Part shown: one piece after another, positions 1 to 8,368 of the stretch
Numbering within the stretch: position 1 is the first letter of the stretch
Layout of the letters: every line of letters begins with the position of its first letter
Assembly (NCBI GenBank): GCA_915070155.1
Contig: CAJZFK010000001.1
Location: 1 to 34,625 of the forward strand
Length of the DNA: 34,625 bases
Direction of reading: 5' to 3'
Origin: an uncultured Candidatus Saccharibacteria bacterium
GTDB lineage: Bacteria; Patescibacteriota; Saccharimonadia; Saccharimonadales; Saccharimonadaceae
Program-made: the position numbers and the translations under genes
Notes under the pieces: model-generated
Databases searched by the model: none
What the model was told of the DNA's origin: nothing
The model's input: the letters and a program-made list of their open reading frames with translations, nothing else

Positions 1-2
1 GT

Positions 3-857
3 TCTGTCGATCAAGGAATGGATTATGTGGTTAGCTTGGTCGAGGTCAATTTAGCCTCGCGCTTGGCTGACGGTACGGTTAGGGCGTATCAACAGGCTTT
101 GACTCTTCATATGATGCCGATTAACCTTATTGGTGTGGCGATTTCAAATGCCGCTTTTCCGCAATTAACTGAGTATTTGGGTGAAGGTCGAAATGACCTA
201 TTTCAAAAAGACCTGCGTTCCCTGCTGAGAATTATTTTTTGGATGGCGCTTCCGGTGTCGGTGGTGATTTTCTTTACCAGGGGATATGTCGTGCATTTTA
301 TCCGCAATGGTGGCAAGCAACTGATCGCGGGAATTTTGGGCTGTCTGGTCGTGGCGATTTTGTTCCGAACTATTTACCATATGGCCGCGCGAGCATTTTA
401 CGTCCGCCAAGACACGAAAACTCCGCTGTACATTTCGATATTTTCAATCTCTTTAAATATCATTTTGGCGATTGTTCTGTCGATGGTTTTGAAAATGGGC
501 GCATATGGACTGGCCTGGGCTCAATCAACCGTGGCGGTTTTGGAGGTGGTTGTGCTTTTGGCGGTTATGAATCGTCAAATGCCAAAATTATTCGACATGA
601 CGTTTGTACGAGCGATTTTTAAGATGATAATTGCTGGAACTATTACGGGTGTGGTTTGTTATATTGCCGTGCTAATTATGCCGTTTCGTTATCATGACGA
701 CAGTTTCTTTAGCGCTTTTCCGAAATTTGTTATCATTTCATTGGTTAGTTTTGGCGCGTATGCCGCGGCTTCAAAGTGGCTAAAATTGTCAGAAATTGAC
801 CCGATTCTTGCACGATTGAAAAAAGTGTTATTTGGACGATTGGAGTTTAAGGGCTAA
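3..857 (+). CDS. murJ: Lipid II flippase MurJ/MviN, 5'-truncated by window edge
   Basis: Multi-TM protein with MurJ-like motifs ([43 protein letters not shown]). The frame is open back to the window start. Stop overlaps lepA ATG (TAATG). Confidence 0.88.
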   Translation, partial: SVDQGMDYVVSLVEVNLASRLADGTVRAYQQALTLHMMPINLIGVAISNAAFPQLTEYLGEGRNDLFQKDLRSLLRIIFWMALPVSVVIFFTRGYVVHFIRNGGKQLIAGILGCLVVAILFRTIYHMAARAFYVRQDTKTPLYISIFSISLNIILAIVLSMVLKMGAYGLAWAQSTVAVLEVVVLLAVMNRQMPKLFDMTFVRAIFKMIIAGTITGVVCYIAVLIMPFRYHDDSFFSAFPKFVIISLVSFGAYAAASKWLKLSEIDPILARLKKVLFGRLEFKG

Positions 858-1687
858 TGGAAAATATTCGGAATTTTTGTATTATTGCTCATATTGATCA
901 CGGCAAGTCTACGCTGGCTGATCGAATGATGGAGATGACTGGGACGGTAGAAAAGCGCGAGATGAAGTCGCAGTTGCTGGATTCGATGGATTTGGAGCGG
1001 GAAAAAGGCATTACTATTAAGTTGGCGCCGGTGCGAATGCGATATAAAAATGTCGATCTGAATTTGATTGACACTCCGGGGCATGTCGATTTTAGCTATG
1101 AAGTTTCGCGTAGTTTGCAGGCTTGTGAGGGTGCGATATTGGTGGTTGATGCTAGCCAGGGAATTCAGGCGCAAACATTGTCGAACGTTTACTTGGCGAT
1201 AGAACAGGATTTGACTATTATTCCGGTCCTGAATAAGGTTGATTTGCCGGCCGCCGATATACCGCGCGTATCTAGGCAAGTCATTAATTTGTTGGGTTGT
1301 GACGAGAGCGAGATTATTCATATTTCTGCTAAAACTGGTCAAAATGTAGACAAGGTTTTGGATGCGGTTGTTGATAAAATTCCAGCACCAACTGGCGAGG
1401 CTGATGATCCGACTAGGGCGTTGATTTTTGATAGCTATTATGACGATTATCGTGGCGTGATTTTATACGTGCGGGTGGTTGATGGGCGAATTAAAAAAGG
1501 CGAATCTATCCGAATGATGGCGACTGGCGCAGATGGACTAGCTCTGGAAGTCGGTCATCTTAACCCAGCCATGCAACCCGACCCTTCGCTTGAAACTGGC
1601 GAAATTGGCTATATTGTGACAAACCTGAAAACGACACGCGAGGCGCGGGTGGGTGATACGGTAACACTGGGGAGATATTTTAATTAA
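857..1687 (+). CDS. lepA: Elongation factor 4 (LepA), N-terminal half: G domain + domain II
   Basis: [51 protein letters not shown]. Ends at [14 protein letters not shown], the end of domain II. Confidence 0.95.
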   Translation: MENIRNFCIIAHIDHGKSTLADRMMEMTGTVEKREMKSQLLDSMDLEREKGITIKLAPVRMRYKNVDLNLIDTPGHVDFSYEVSRSLQACEGAILVVDASQGIQAQTLSNVYLAIEQDLTIIPVLNKVDLPAADIPRVSRQVINLLGCDESEIIHISAKTGQNVDKVLDAVVDKIPAPTGEADDPTRALIFDSYYDDYRGVILYVRVVDGRIKKGESIRMMATGADGLALEVGHLNPAMQPDPSLETGEIGYIVTNLKTTREARVGDTVTLGRYFN

Positions 1688-1736
1688 GATTAAAAAGGGA
1701 AACCACGAATCTACAAACAATAAGCTTAACTGAATT
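1680..1736 (+). repeat. Direct repeat copy 1 (degenerate duplicate of mazG 5' region)
   Basis: ttaattaagattaaaaagggaaaccacgaatctacaaacaataagcttaactgaatt matches 2459-2517. The last 24 nt are identical, and the ATG reads ACG in this copy. Confidence 0.9.
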
Positions 1737-1781
1737 TTTTTGGCGTTGGTTCGTAGTATTGACGCGTATGATTGCTGAAAT

Positions 1782-1961
1782 CAGTTTCCTTACCAGATTT
1801 GGCATAGCATTTATTCGACAAAACTCATTAAGTCTCTTAATAAAGAAATCAAACGTCAAACGAAATAGAAGGTTCTTTTTCCTAACGAGGAGGCTCTGGA
1901 ACGTTACTTAGTTACTTTGTTTGAAGACTCTACTAGAGTGTTTACACAAAATTATTGACAG
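1782..1961 (+). mobile_element. IS256-family transposase 3' remnant with right-end inverted repeat (pseudogenised)
   Basis: Frame from 1782 reads QFPYQIWHSIYSTKLIKSLNKEIKRQTK*KVLFPNEEALERYLVTLFED. This resembles the IS256/Mutator C-terminal signature (IYSTNxIExxNxEIKRxT..FPNE) and has an internal TAG at 1866-1868. It is followed by gtgtttacacaaaattattgacag, an IS256-type end. Confidence 0.82.
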
Positions 1962-1984
1962 CATCTTTTCCTTTATAATATAAT
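1955..1984 (+). promoter_or_regulatory. Hybrid sigma70 promoter: -35 from IS end, -10 in flanking DNA
   Basis: TTGACA 1955-1960 (inside the IS end), 18-bp spacer, TATAAT 1979-1984. SD-like GAGGT at 1995-1999. Confidence 0.7.
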
Positions 1985-2004
1985 AAAACCTCATGAGGTA
2001 TTAT

Positions 2005-2268
2005 ATGTCTAAACAAAAAATTAATCGCTTTGTCGGATCTATTGGAGCTTTTATTGGGATCCTTGTCTTTATTGCATATATTCCACAAATTATCGCTAAC
2101 CTACAAGGAGAAAAAGCTCAACCATTCCAACCACTATTCGCAGCAGTTTCTTGTTTAATTTGGGTAATCTATGGTTGGACAAAAGAACCTAAAAAAGACT
2201 GGATCCTCATCATTCCCAATGCAGCGGGAGTGATATTAGGCGGTTTAACTTTTATTACTTCTTTATAA
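2005..2268 (+). CDS. SemiSWEET / PQ-loop family small sugar transporter (3 TM)
   Basis: 87 aa, three hydrophobic helices, AYIPQI PQ motif, LIWVIYG, IIPNAAG. Start placed at the ATG following GAGGT. AT-rich relative to its neighbours. Confidence 0.8.
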   Translation: MSKQKINRFVGSIGAFIGILVFIAYIPQIIANLQGEKAQPFQPLFAAVSCLIWVIYGWTKEPKKDWILIIPNAAGVILGGLTFITSL

Positions 2269-2284
2269 AAGTTATATAAACAAA

Positions 2285-2313
2285 ACCAGCAACTTCATAA
2301 AAAAGTTGCTGGT
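2285..2313 (+). terminator. Hairpin after SemiSWEET gene, possible terminator
   Basis: accagcaactt (2285-2295) / aagttgctggt (2303-2313) is a perfect 11-bp stem. No clear + strand U tract; an A run precedes it. Confidence 0.55.
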
Positions 2314-2458
2314 AGAGATTTTGGACTATCACAGGAAAAAATATTTAACCAAAGTGATATATTGTTTGATAAATCAGAGTATAATAGTAATTAAAAATAG
2401 GATTGGATAGCGAGCAGATTCTTGCTTCCTGCTATGTTTATATTCCATCAAGTGTAAG

Positions 2459-2517
2459 TTAATTAAGATTAAAGAAGGAAAAACCATGAATCCACAAACA
2501 ATAAGCTTAACTGAATT
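2459..2517 (+). repeat. Direct repeat copy 2 (RBS and first codons of mazG-like gene)
   Basis: ttaattaagattaaagaaggaaaaaccatgaatccacaaacaataagcttaactgaatt, similar to 1680-1736. Confidence 0.9.
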
Positions 2518-2800
2518 ACAAAAACACCTCGATCAAACTTGTAAGGAGAAAGGTTGGGATAAAAATTCTGTCACTGAAGTATTCTTATTGTTTACTGAGG
2601 AAGTTGGCGAGCTGGCAAAAGCAGTTCGCAAAGAGACAGGATTTAAGGGAGAAAAAAGATCTGATAACCACGACAATCTGCGCGAGGAGTTCGCGGACGT
2701 GCTGAACTATTTGATGGAATTGGCAAATCGGTTTGACGTCAATTTGGCGGAAGTGTATTTTGAGAAGCACAAGATCAACCAGACGCGACAGTGGAAATAG
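2486..2800 (+). CDS. MazG-like nucleotide pyrophosphohydrolase (single domain)
   Basis: EEVGELAKAVRK ... LREEFADVLNYL acidic motifs of all-alpha NTP-PPases; 104 aa. Confidence 0.85.
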   Translation: MNPQTISLTELQKHLDQTCKEKGWDKNSVTEVFLLFTEEVGELAKAVRKETGFKGEKRSDNHDNLREEFADVLNYLMELANRFDVNLAEVYFEKHKINQTRQWK

Positions 2801-2850
2801 TATATACTGTATTGAAAAGCGCAGATGTAATAAAATGCACGAAATAGGTA

Positions 2851-3345
2851 TTGATATATCTGTTGTTGGCAATTATGAGCAATTTCAAAAACTTTACAGA
2901 GAAGATTAGATGTCGTGTAATTCCAGTAACACGCGACCGCCGTGTGTGGTTGGATGAGAAAATTGTTGACGATGATTCGTGTAGTATTTTTATGAATGGA
3001 CGATCATACGAAATCGGTGAGAAATACGATGACTTTTTGTGTGTTACGGTTGACAGTTTTGCCGAGCTAGCAGACGCTATTCTCCGCGAGTTGTATGCGC
3101 GCGGATTTTCATCGTCAGACTATAAACTGATCAACGAAAATTATGTTCATCTAGATTATAGCTTTTTGAGCGATAACATACCTTGGGTCGCTTGGCGTAA
3201 TGTTGATGTGATAGTTAAGGGTGATATTACTGATGAGAAGGACTATCGTCGTGACAAAGCTAAGCGCGGTCGGTGGATGAGTTACGCTGAACTGGTTCAG
3301 GCTATTGGCAAGAATCAAGCTCATAAGATTTTTGAGCAGTTATAG
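2851..3345 (+). CDS. Hypothetical protein, possibly degenerate NUDIX-like fold; start uncertain (ATG 2875 alternative)
   Basis: Open frame of 164 codons. VIPVTRDRRVWL and RWMSYAELVQAI resemble NUDIX flanking segments, but no Nudix box is seen. Confidence 0.5.
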   Translation: MIYLLLAIMSNFKNFTEKIRCRVIPVTRDRRVWLDEKIVDDDSCSIFMNGRSYEIGEKYDDFLCVTVDSFAELADAILRELYARGFSSSDYKLINENYVHLDYSFLSDNIPWVAWRNVDVIVKGDITDEKDYRRDKAKRGRWMSYAELVQAIGKNQAHKIFEQL

Positions 3346-3455
3346 GTTAGACCTCAGTGTGTAAGGAGTAATTTGCTGAGAATAAGTAGGCATACAAGGA
3401 GCGATTTACTGTGCGTTTATATAAAAACATTGAGCTGATATAATAACAAATAGTT

Positions 3456-4418
3456 ATGACTGAAAAAATTACCGTCCAGCCACTTCCAGGTTATAAAGAA
3501 GTTAAGCCGTTTGTTTATGCGGGGTTTTTCCCGGTGTCCAATGAAGACTATAACGACCTGAAAGAAGCAATTGAAAAGTTGAGCCTCAGCGATTCGGCGT
3601 TGCAGTTTGAGCCGGAGAATTCGCCGGTTTTGGGTTATGGTGTGCGAATCGGTTTTTTGGGATTGCTGCACATGGATATTATTCGCGAGCGATTGGAGCG
3701 TGAATATAATTTGGACTTGATCGTGACCAATCCGAGTACTGATTATCAAGTTAGTCTGACGAATGGCGAGGAGTTGGATATCAAGTCTGCTAGTGAATTG
3801 CTCGACCCAGCGCAAATAAAAGAGATTCGCGAGCCGTGGATTGATGGCGAAATTGTCGTGCCGCAGGATTACATTGGTGCGGTGATTCAGTTGATTGTGA
3901 GCAAGCGTGGTCGCCAGAAAAACCTGAGCTACATTGACGAGCGGGCGCTGATTTCATTTGCGGCGCCACTTGCGAATTTGTTAACGGATTTTTATGACCA
4001 ATTGAAGTCGATCACCAGCGGCTACGGTTCGTTTAATTATGAGTTGGCGGATTATCAAGTGGAAGATTTGGTGCGCGTCGATTTTTATGTGGCGGGCGAA
4101 ATGGTTGATTCGCTGAGCGTGATGTGTCATCGGTCGGAATCACAGCATTTGGGGCGTGAGATTGTTAAGAAATTGAAGGAAGTCGTGCCGCGCCAGAGTT
4201 TTGAGGTTTCATTGCAAGCGGCAATTGGCGGTAAATTTATTGCCAGGGAAAACATCGGCGCTTATCGAAAAGATGTTACGGGCTATCTTTACGGCGGCGA
4301 TGTCAGTCGTAAAAAGAAGCTTCTCGCCAAGCAGGCGCGCGGTAAAAAACGAATGAAACGCTTTGGTAAAGTCGACATACCGAGCGAAGCGTTTATGGTA
4401 ATGCTAAAAAGGGATTGA
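3456..4418 (+). CDS. lepA: Elongation factor 4 (LepA), C-terminal half: domains III, V and LepA C-terminal domain
   Basis: PLPGYKEVKPFVYAGFFP, LGYGVRIGFLGLLHMDIIRERLEREY, RKDVTGYLYGGDVSRKKKLL..GKKRMK. Has its own ATG and an upstream TATAAT at 3439-3444. Confidence 0.95.
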   Translation: MTEKITVQPLPGYKEVKPFVYAGFFPVSNEDYNDLKEAIEKLSLSDSALQFEPENSPVLGYGVRIGFLGLLHMDIIRERLEREYNLDLIVTNPSTDYQVSLTNGEELDIKSASELLDPAQIKEIREPWIDGEIVVPQDYIGAVIQLIVSKRGRQKNLSYIDERALISFAAPLANLLTDFYDQLKSITSGYGSFNYELADYQVEDLVRVDFYVAGEMVDSLSVMCHRSESQHLGREIVKKLKEVVPRQSFEVSLQAAIGGKFIARENIGAYRKDVTGYLYGGDVSRKKKLLAKQARGKKRMKRFGKVDIPSEAFMVMLKRD

Positions 4419-4420
4419 TT

Positions 4421-4879
4421 ATGAAAAAACCTATTGTTTATATTGATATGGATGGTGTTTTGGCAGATTTCAAATCTGCTTTAACGAAGATATCGCCTGA
4501 GTTGATTGATGAGTTTGCTGGTCATCACGATAATATTCCAGGAATTTTTTCTTTAATGGAACCCGTGGCTGGAGCTATCGAGGCGGTTTACGCCATGAAA
4601 GACAAATATGATTTATATATTTTATCTTCTTCTCCGTGGGAAAATCCGACGGCTTTGGGTGATAAGTTGGCGTGGGTGAAAAAGTATTTTGGCGGCGAAG
4701 GTTCGGATAACGTTTTCTTCCGTAAGGTTATTTTTTCGTCAGCAAAGAATTTGAGTCGAGGCGACATTTTGATTGACGATCGGACGGCAAATGGCGCGGG
4801 CGAGTTTTCTGGTCGGCTTATTCGTTTTGGAAGTTCTGAATTTCCTAATTGGCAATCTGTACTTGATGAGTTATTATAG
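4421..4879 (+). CDS. 5'(3')-deoxyribonucleotidase, NT5C/HAD family
   Basis: YIDMDGVLADF HAD motif I, ILSSSPW, K..WV.KYF, GDILIDDR motif IV. Confidence 0.85.
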   Translation: MKKPIVYIDMDGVLADFKSALTKISPELIDEFAGHHDNIPGIFSLMEPVAGAIEAVYAMKDKYDLYILSSSPWENPTALGDKLAWVKKYFGGEGSDNVFFRKVIFSSAKNLSRGDILIDDRTANGAGEFSGRLIRFGSSEFPNWQSVLDELL

Positions 4880-4888
4880 GTAAATATT

Positions 4889-5599
4889 ATGCCAAGTATT
4901 GAAGATCTTATTACAAATTATCAGCCGGCTGAATCGACAATTGAGTTGGTCAAAAGTACGAAAATTGCGCTGCTCGCGGGAATTTCTGGTGCGGGCAAAG
5001 ACACAATAAAAAAACAATTACTGAAGTCTCCAGAGTTTCGCGATATTGTTTCTCACACTACGCGCGCCCCACGCACAAATAATGGATGTGCCGAGCAAGA
5101 TGGAATTGACTATCATTTTATTGATCCACAAACTGCCGAAAATATGCTACAAAATAATGAATTTATTGAGGCAAAGTTTGTTCACGGTACAGTTTATGGG
5201 ACGTCGGTGGCTGAGCTGAAATTAGCGCATGATCAGAACCGCGTGGCAATTACCGACATTGACGTTCAGGGCGTGGAGGAATATGAGCGACTGGCGCCAG
5301 ATAGCATTGCGATTTTCATTGTGCCACCAAATAGCCAAACTTGGATTGAGCGATTAAAAAAGCGTTACGCAACCGAAGAAGATTTTCAAGCGGAGTGGCC
5401 AAAGCGTCATGCTTCGGCGATAAAAGAGTTGGCTTACGCGCTTGAAGTTCCGTATTATCACGTGATTATCAATGACGATTTGGAGCGAGCAATTCGAGTG
5501 ACCGAGGAAATTATTTTGCGCGGCGACGTGTTTAAGCGTCAGGATGACGAGGCGCGTTTGGTAGCTCGAAATCTCCTCAATGATATAATTAATCTATGA
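4889..5599 (+). CDS. gmk: Guanylate kinase
   Basis: GISGAGKDT P-loop, VSHTTRAPR, DGIDYHF, YGTS, DIDVQG, IFIVPP. Confidence 0.9.
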   Translation: MPSIEDLITNYQPAESTIELVKSTKIALLAGISGAGKDTIKKQLLKSPEFRDIVSHTTRAPRTNNGCAEQDGIDYHFIDPQTAENMLQNNEFIEAKFVHGTVYGTSVAELKLAHDQNRVAITDIDVQGVEEYERLAPDSIAIFIVPPNSQTWIERLKKRYATEEDFQAEWPKRHASAIKELAYALEVPYYHVIINDDLERAIRVTEEIILRGDVFKRQDDEARLVARNLLNDIINL

Positions 5600-6963
5600 G
5601 TTCAGTAAAAACTCCAAAAAAAATAGCAGCCAGGCAAGATCGTTCCTCGAAGACCTTGGCTACATTGTTAGACCAATCCTTTTTTATCTTTGCGGGTTTG
5701 GCGTCGTTTTGGTTGGCGTGGTTAGTGCTTAGAGAAGGTTGGGCGACGGGCGGTTGGTGGCTGGTTGGCTTGTTCTTTGTTGTGTGGATAATTGTGGCAT
5801 ATTTGGCGCTGCCTAGGCTTCATCGAATTTTGAGCAATATGTACGTACCGAATTATTTTATCGGCAGGACACGAACGGCGGATGGAGTATTAAGCGACCC
5901 TGTCAATTTGAGCGTGCGCGGCTCGGAAGAAAAGCTCCATAAGGCAATGACTGAGGCTGGCTGGGTTCTAGCGGATGACATAACTCCGAGATCAGCTTGG
6001 AAAATGGTGCTTACGGTGCTGAGTGGTCGTAGTTACCCAAATGCACCAGTGTCGCCAGCATTTTTGTTTGGCAGACGGCAGGACTTTGCTTATCAGCAGG
6101 AAGTTGACGGCAATCCAAGGCGTCGCCACCACGTTAGATTTTGGCGATGTCCAACTGGCTGGCTTCTTCCTGGCGGTCATCGAGTTGATTGGTTGGCGGC
6201 TGGTACGTACGATAAGAGTATTGGCTTTTCTTTATTTACTTTTCAGTTCACGCATAAAATTGACGAGAATATTGATATTGAACGAGATTATATCATTGAG
6301 TCGGTTAAAAGTAACAATAAAAATGTTAGAGTGACGATATTAAAGGATTTTTCAACGGGTTATCATTCGCGCAATGGTCTTGGAGATTCTATCCGCACTG
6401 ATGGCGATTTGCCAATTTTGGGAGTTGGTCGAACAAAGGCTGGTGATAATGTCACGGCTTCAACGCGGCTCGGAGTGATTATGGACGGCACAATTTATGA
6501 TCGTCATCCGCGAAATCACGAAACTTTATTGGAAGAGCTTTGGAGTCGCCGACCACCGCAGATTTTAATTGGCGGCGGACTAATGATTCTGGCGTCGTTG
6601 TTCACAATTGGGCAAATGTTGGTGGACTTTTCTAGCTGGCCGACAACTTTAGTGCAAGTTGCGAATATTGATGGAATTGATATAAATTCCGCGAATACCA
6701 TGTTATCGATGATGGCCGGCTTTAATGTGCTGTTGGTCGTGGCGGAAATCGTGCTGGTTGGACTGCTGCTTCGAGGAAGTAGTCGGGCGCGAATCTCACT
6801 ACTTTCTGTGGCGACATTGGCTATTGTCACCGAATCTTTATCCGTGACAATTGGGCGAATTAATGCGTCGATTATGTTGCTTTTGATCTCAATTGGCGTG
6901 CATATTATGATCATGATGTTGTTCTCTTCAGATGCAGCGCGCTACTTTACGGAAAGACGATAA
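5596..6963 (+). CDS. LssY C-terminal-domain membrane protein
   Basis: DPVNL, SYPNAPVS..LFGRRQDFAYQ, RRHHVRFW, AGTYD, THKID..IDIERD motifs recalled for LssY_C; N- and C-terminal TM helices. Confidence 0.75.
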   Translation: MSSVKTPKKIAARQDRSSKTLATLLDQSFFIFAGLASFWLAWLVLREGWATGGWWLVGLFFVVWIIVAYLALPRLHRILSNMYVPNYFIGRTRTADGVLSDPVNLSVRGSEEKLHKAMTEAGWVLADDITPRSAWKMVLTVLSGRSYPNAPVSPAFLFGRRQDFAYQQEVDGNPRRRHHVRFWRCPTGWLLPGGHRVDWLAAGTYDKSIGFSLFTFQFTHKIDENIDIERDYIIESVKSNNKNVRVTILKDFSTGYHSRNGLGDSIRTDGDLPILGVGRTKAGDNVTASTRLGVIMDGTIYDRHPRNHETLLEELWSRRPPQILIGGGLMILASLFTIGQMLVDFSSWPTTLVQVANIDGIDINSANTMLSMMAGFNVLLVVAEIVLVGLLLRGSSRARISLLSVATLAIVTESLSVTIGRINASIMLLLISIGVHIMIMMLFSSDAARYFTERR

Positions 6964-6966
6964 GGC

Positions 6967-6993
6967 TTGGCACTCTGCTTGTATGAGTGCTAG
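6967..6993 (+). promoter_or_regulatory. CIRCE operator upstream of hrcA
   Basis: TTGGCACTC-N9-GAGTGCTAG. A -35-like TTGTAT (6979-6984) lies in the spacer, 17 bp from TATAAT (7002-7007). Confidence 0.9.
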
Positions 6994-7013
6994 ATTTGCG
7001 ATATAATTGGACT

Positions 7014-7724
7014 ATGACCGAACGTCAACAAGCAATCCTTGTCGCTATTATTGAGCAGTACGCTGAAATTGCGGCGCCAGTTGGTAGTGTAACGCTAGCC
7101 AAGTTATTTGGCGTGAGTAGCGCAACGATTCGCAGTGAGATGGCAAAACTTGAGGAGATGGGATTTATTGAGGCGCCCCACACGAGCGCAGGTCGAATTC
7201 CGACAGATAAGGGATATCGTTTTTATGTCAATGGAATCACGGCAGCGCAAATGACGGAATTACCGAGCGGTATTGATAGCAGCACGAAGGCAATTGAGGC
7301 GCACGTCAATTCAAATGTTGATACTTCAGATAAAGCGATTCGTCGAGCAGTTGATGGTTTGGTGGAAATGACTGGCAATTTTGGTTTTGCGTCATTTGGT
7401 TCGAGTTTGTATATGAACGGAATGACTCAGTTATTTAGTCAGCCAGAGTTTGGTGATGGCGATCACGTCCAGGCGGTTGCTAAATTGATTGACAATATCG
7501 AACCGTGGCTGCGTGAAGCGGCGCCGGATGAGCCGTTAAATGTGTTTATTGGTAGCGAAAATCCAATTGGCAAGAGTAGCGGTGCTACGTTGATTATAAG
7601 TAAATTTAAGTCATCGTCTGGTGGTGATAATTACATCGGTGTGATTGGTCCGACGCGACAAAATTATCGTCGAACGATGGAGCTGGTGCGTCGTACGGGC
7701 GCGATGCTAGAGGAGGTATTGTAA
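7014..7724 (+). CDS. hrcA: Heat-inducible transcription repressor HrcA (short form, 236 aa)
   Basis: [60 protein letters not shown]. Start moved to ATG 7014. Confidence 0.93.
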   Translation: MTERQQAILVAIIEQYAEIAAPVGSVTLAKLFGVSSATIRSEMAKLEEMGFIEAPHTSAGRIPTDKGYRFYVNGITAAQMTELPSGIDSSTKAIEAHVNSNVDTSDKAIRRAVDGLVEMTGNFGFASFGSSLYMNGMTQLFSQPEFGDGDHVQAVAKLIDNIEPWLREAAPDEPLNVFIGSENPIGKSSGATLIISKFKSSSGGDNYIGVIGPTRQNYRRTMELVRRTGAMLEEVL

Positions 7725-7885
7725 TGGCTGAATGGATTGGTGGACTATTAAGTGGTTTGCCGGCTTGGCTGATTGTAATAATTTCAGTAATAATATTTAT
7801 TATTGGAGCGATTTGGATTTTAGCCTTTGATCCTGGTACGGTTGGCGGTGATCCGATCTTACCATTTAAAAGGAGGAAAAAATGA
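7724..7885 (+). CDS. Small single-pass membrane protein (53 aa), not in ORF track
   Basis: AGGAGG at 7711-7716. ATG overlaps the hrcA stop (TAATG) and the stop overlaps the grpE start (ATGA). Sequence: [53 protein letters not shown]. Confidence 0.72.
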   Translation: MAEWIGGLLSGLPAWLIVIISVIIFIIGAIWILAFDPGTVGGDPILPFKRRKK

Positions 7886-8346
7886 CGAAGAATAAAAAAG
7901 CTGAAGATTTAGAGAAAGAAGTTGCTGAGCTGACGTCGGATCTGCAGCGAACTCGAGCGGATTTTGAGAATTATCGTAAGCGTGTGGATGCAGAAAAGCA
8001 ATCAGCGCACGAGTTGGGTCAAACTAAGTCGGTGATGAAATTATTGCCAGTTATTGATACAATTGAGCGAGCTGTTGCTAACGTCCCAGAGGAGATTCAA
8101 GATAATGCGTGGGTTAAGGGCGTGGCTGGTCTGAATAAGCAACTTGACAAGCAATTGAAGGAGATTGGTTTGGAAAAAATTGACGCCAAACCCGGAACTT
8201 TATTTAATCCTGAATTTCATCAGGCTGTTCAATTTGACGAATCAACGGATGGCGATAAGGAAGTTATTGCCGAGGAGCTTCGCGCTGGCTATACTTTGAA
8301 TGGTTCAGTCATTCGCGACGCAATGGTAAAAGTTGCTCGTCAATAA
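7882..8346 (+). CDS. grpE: Nucleotide exchange factor GrpE
   Basis: LQRTRADFENYRKR, LLPVIDTIERA, FNPEFHQAV, GYTLNGSVIRDAMVKV; located between hrcA and dnaK. Confidence 0.95.
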   Translation: MTKNKKAEDLEKEVAELTSDLQRTRADFENYRKRVDAEKQSAHELGQTKSVMKLLPVIDTIERAVANVPEEIQDNAWVKGVAGLNKQLDKQLKEIGLEKIDAKPGTLFNPEFHQAVQFDESTDGDKEVIAEELRAGYTLNGSVIRDAMVKVARQ

Positions 8347-8368
8347 TTTGATTAAGAAAAAACTATGT

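Noticed and set aside
1782..1961. Active IS as the cause of the lepA split
   Set aside because: Only a short fragment with an internal stop remains. It lies outside lepA coding sequence, within a secondary insert.
1688..3455. Intron, split intein or excisable element restoring full-length lepA
   Set aside because: No intein terminal motifs on either half and no group I/II intron hallmarks, maturase, homing endonuclease or recombinase were seen. No repeat is shared by the two lepA junctions; the repeat found pairs 1680 with 2459, not with 3456.
7871..7885. Programmed -1 frameshift fusing the small membrane peptide to GrpE
   Set aside because: AGG AAA AAA TGA is not a canonical slippery heptamer. 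AGGAGG plus the ATGA overlap is fully explained by ordinary translational coupling.
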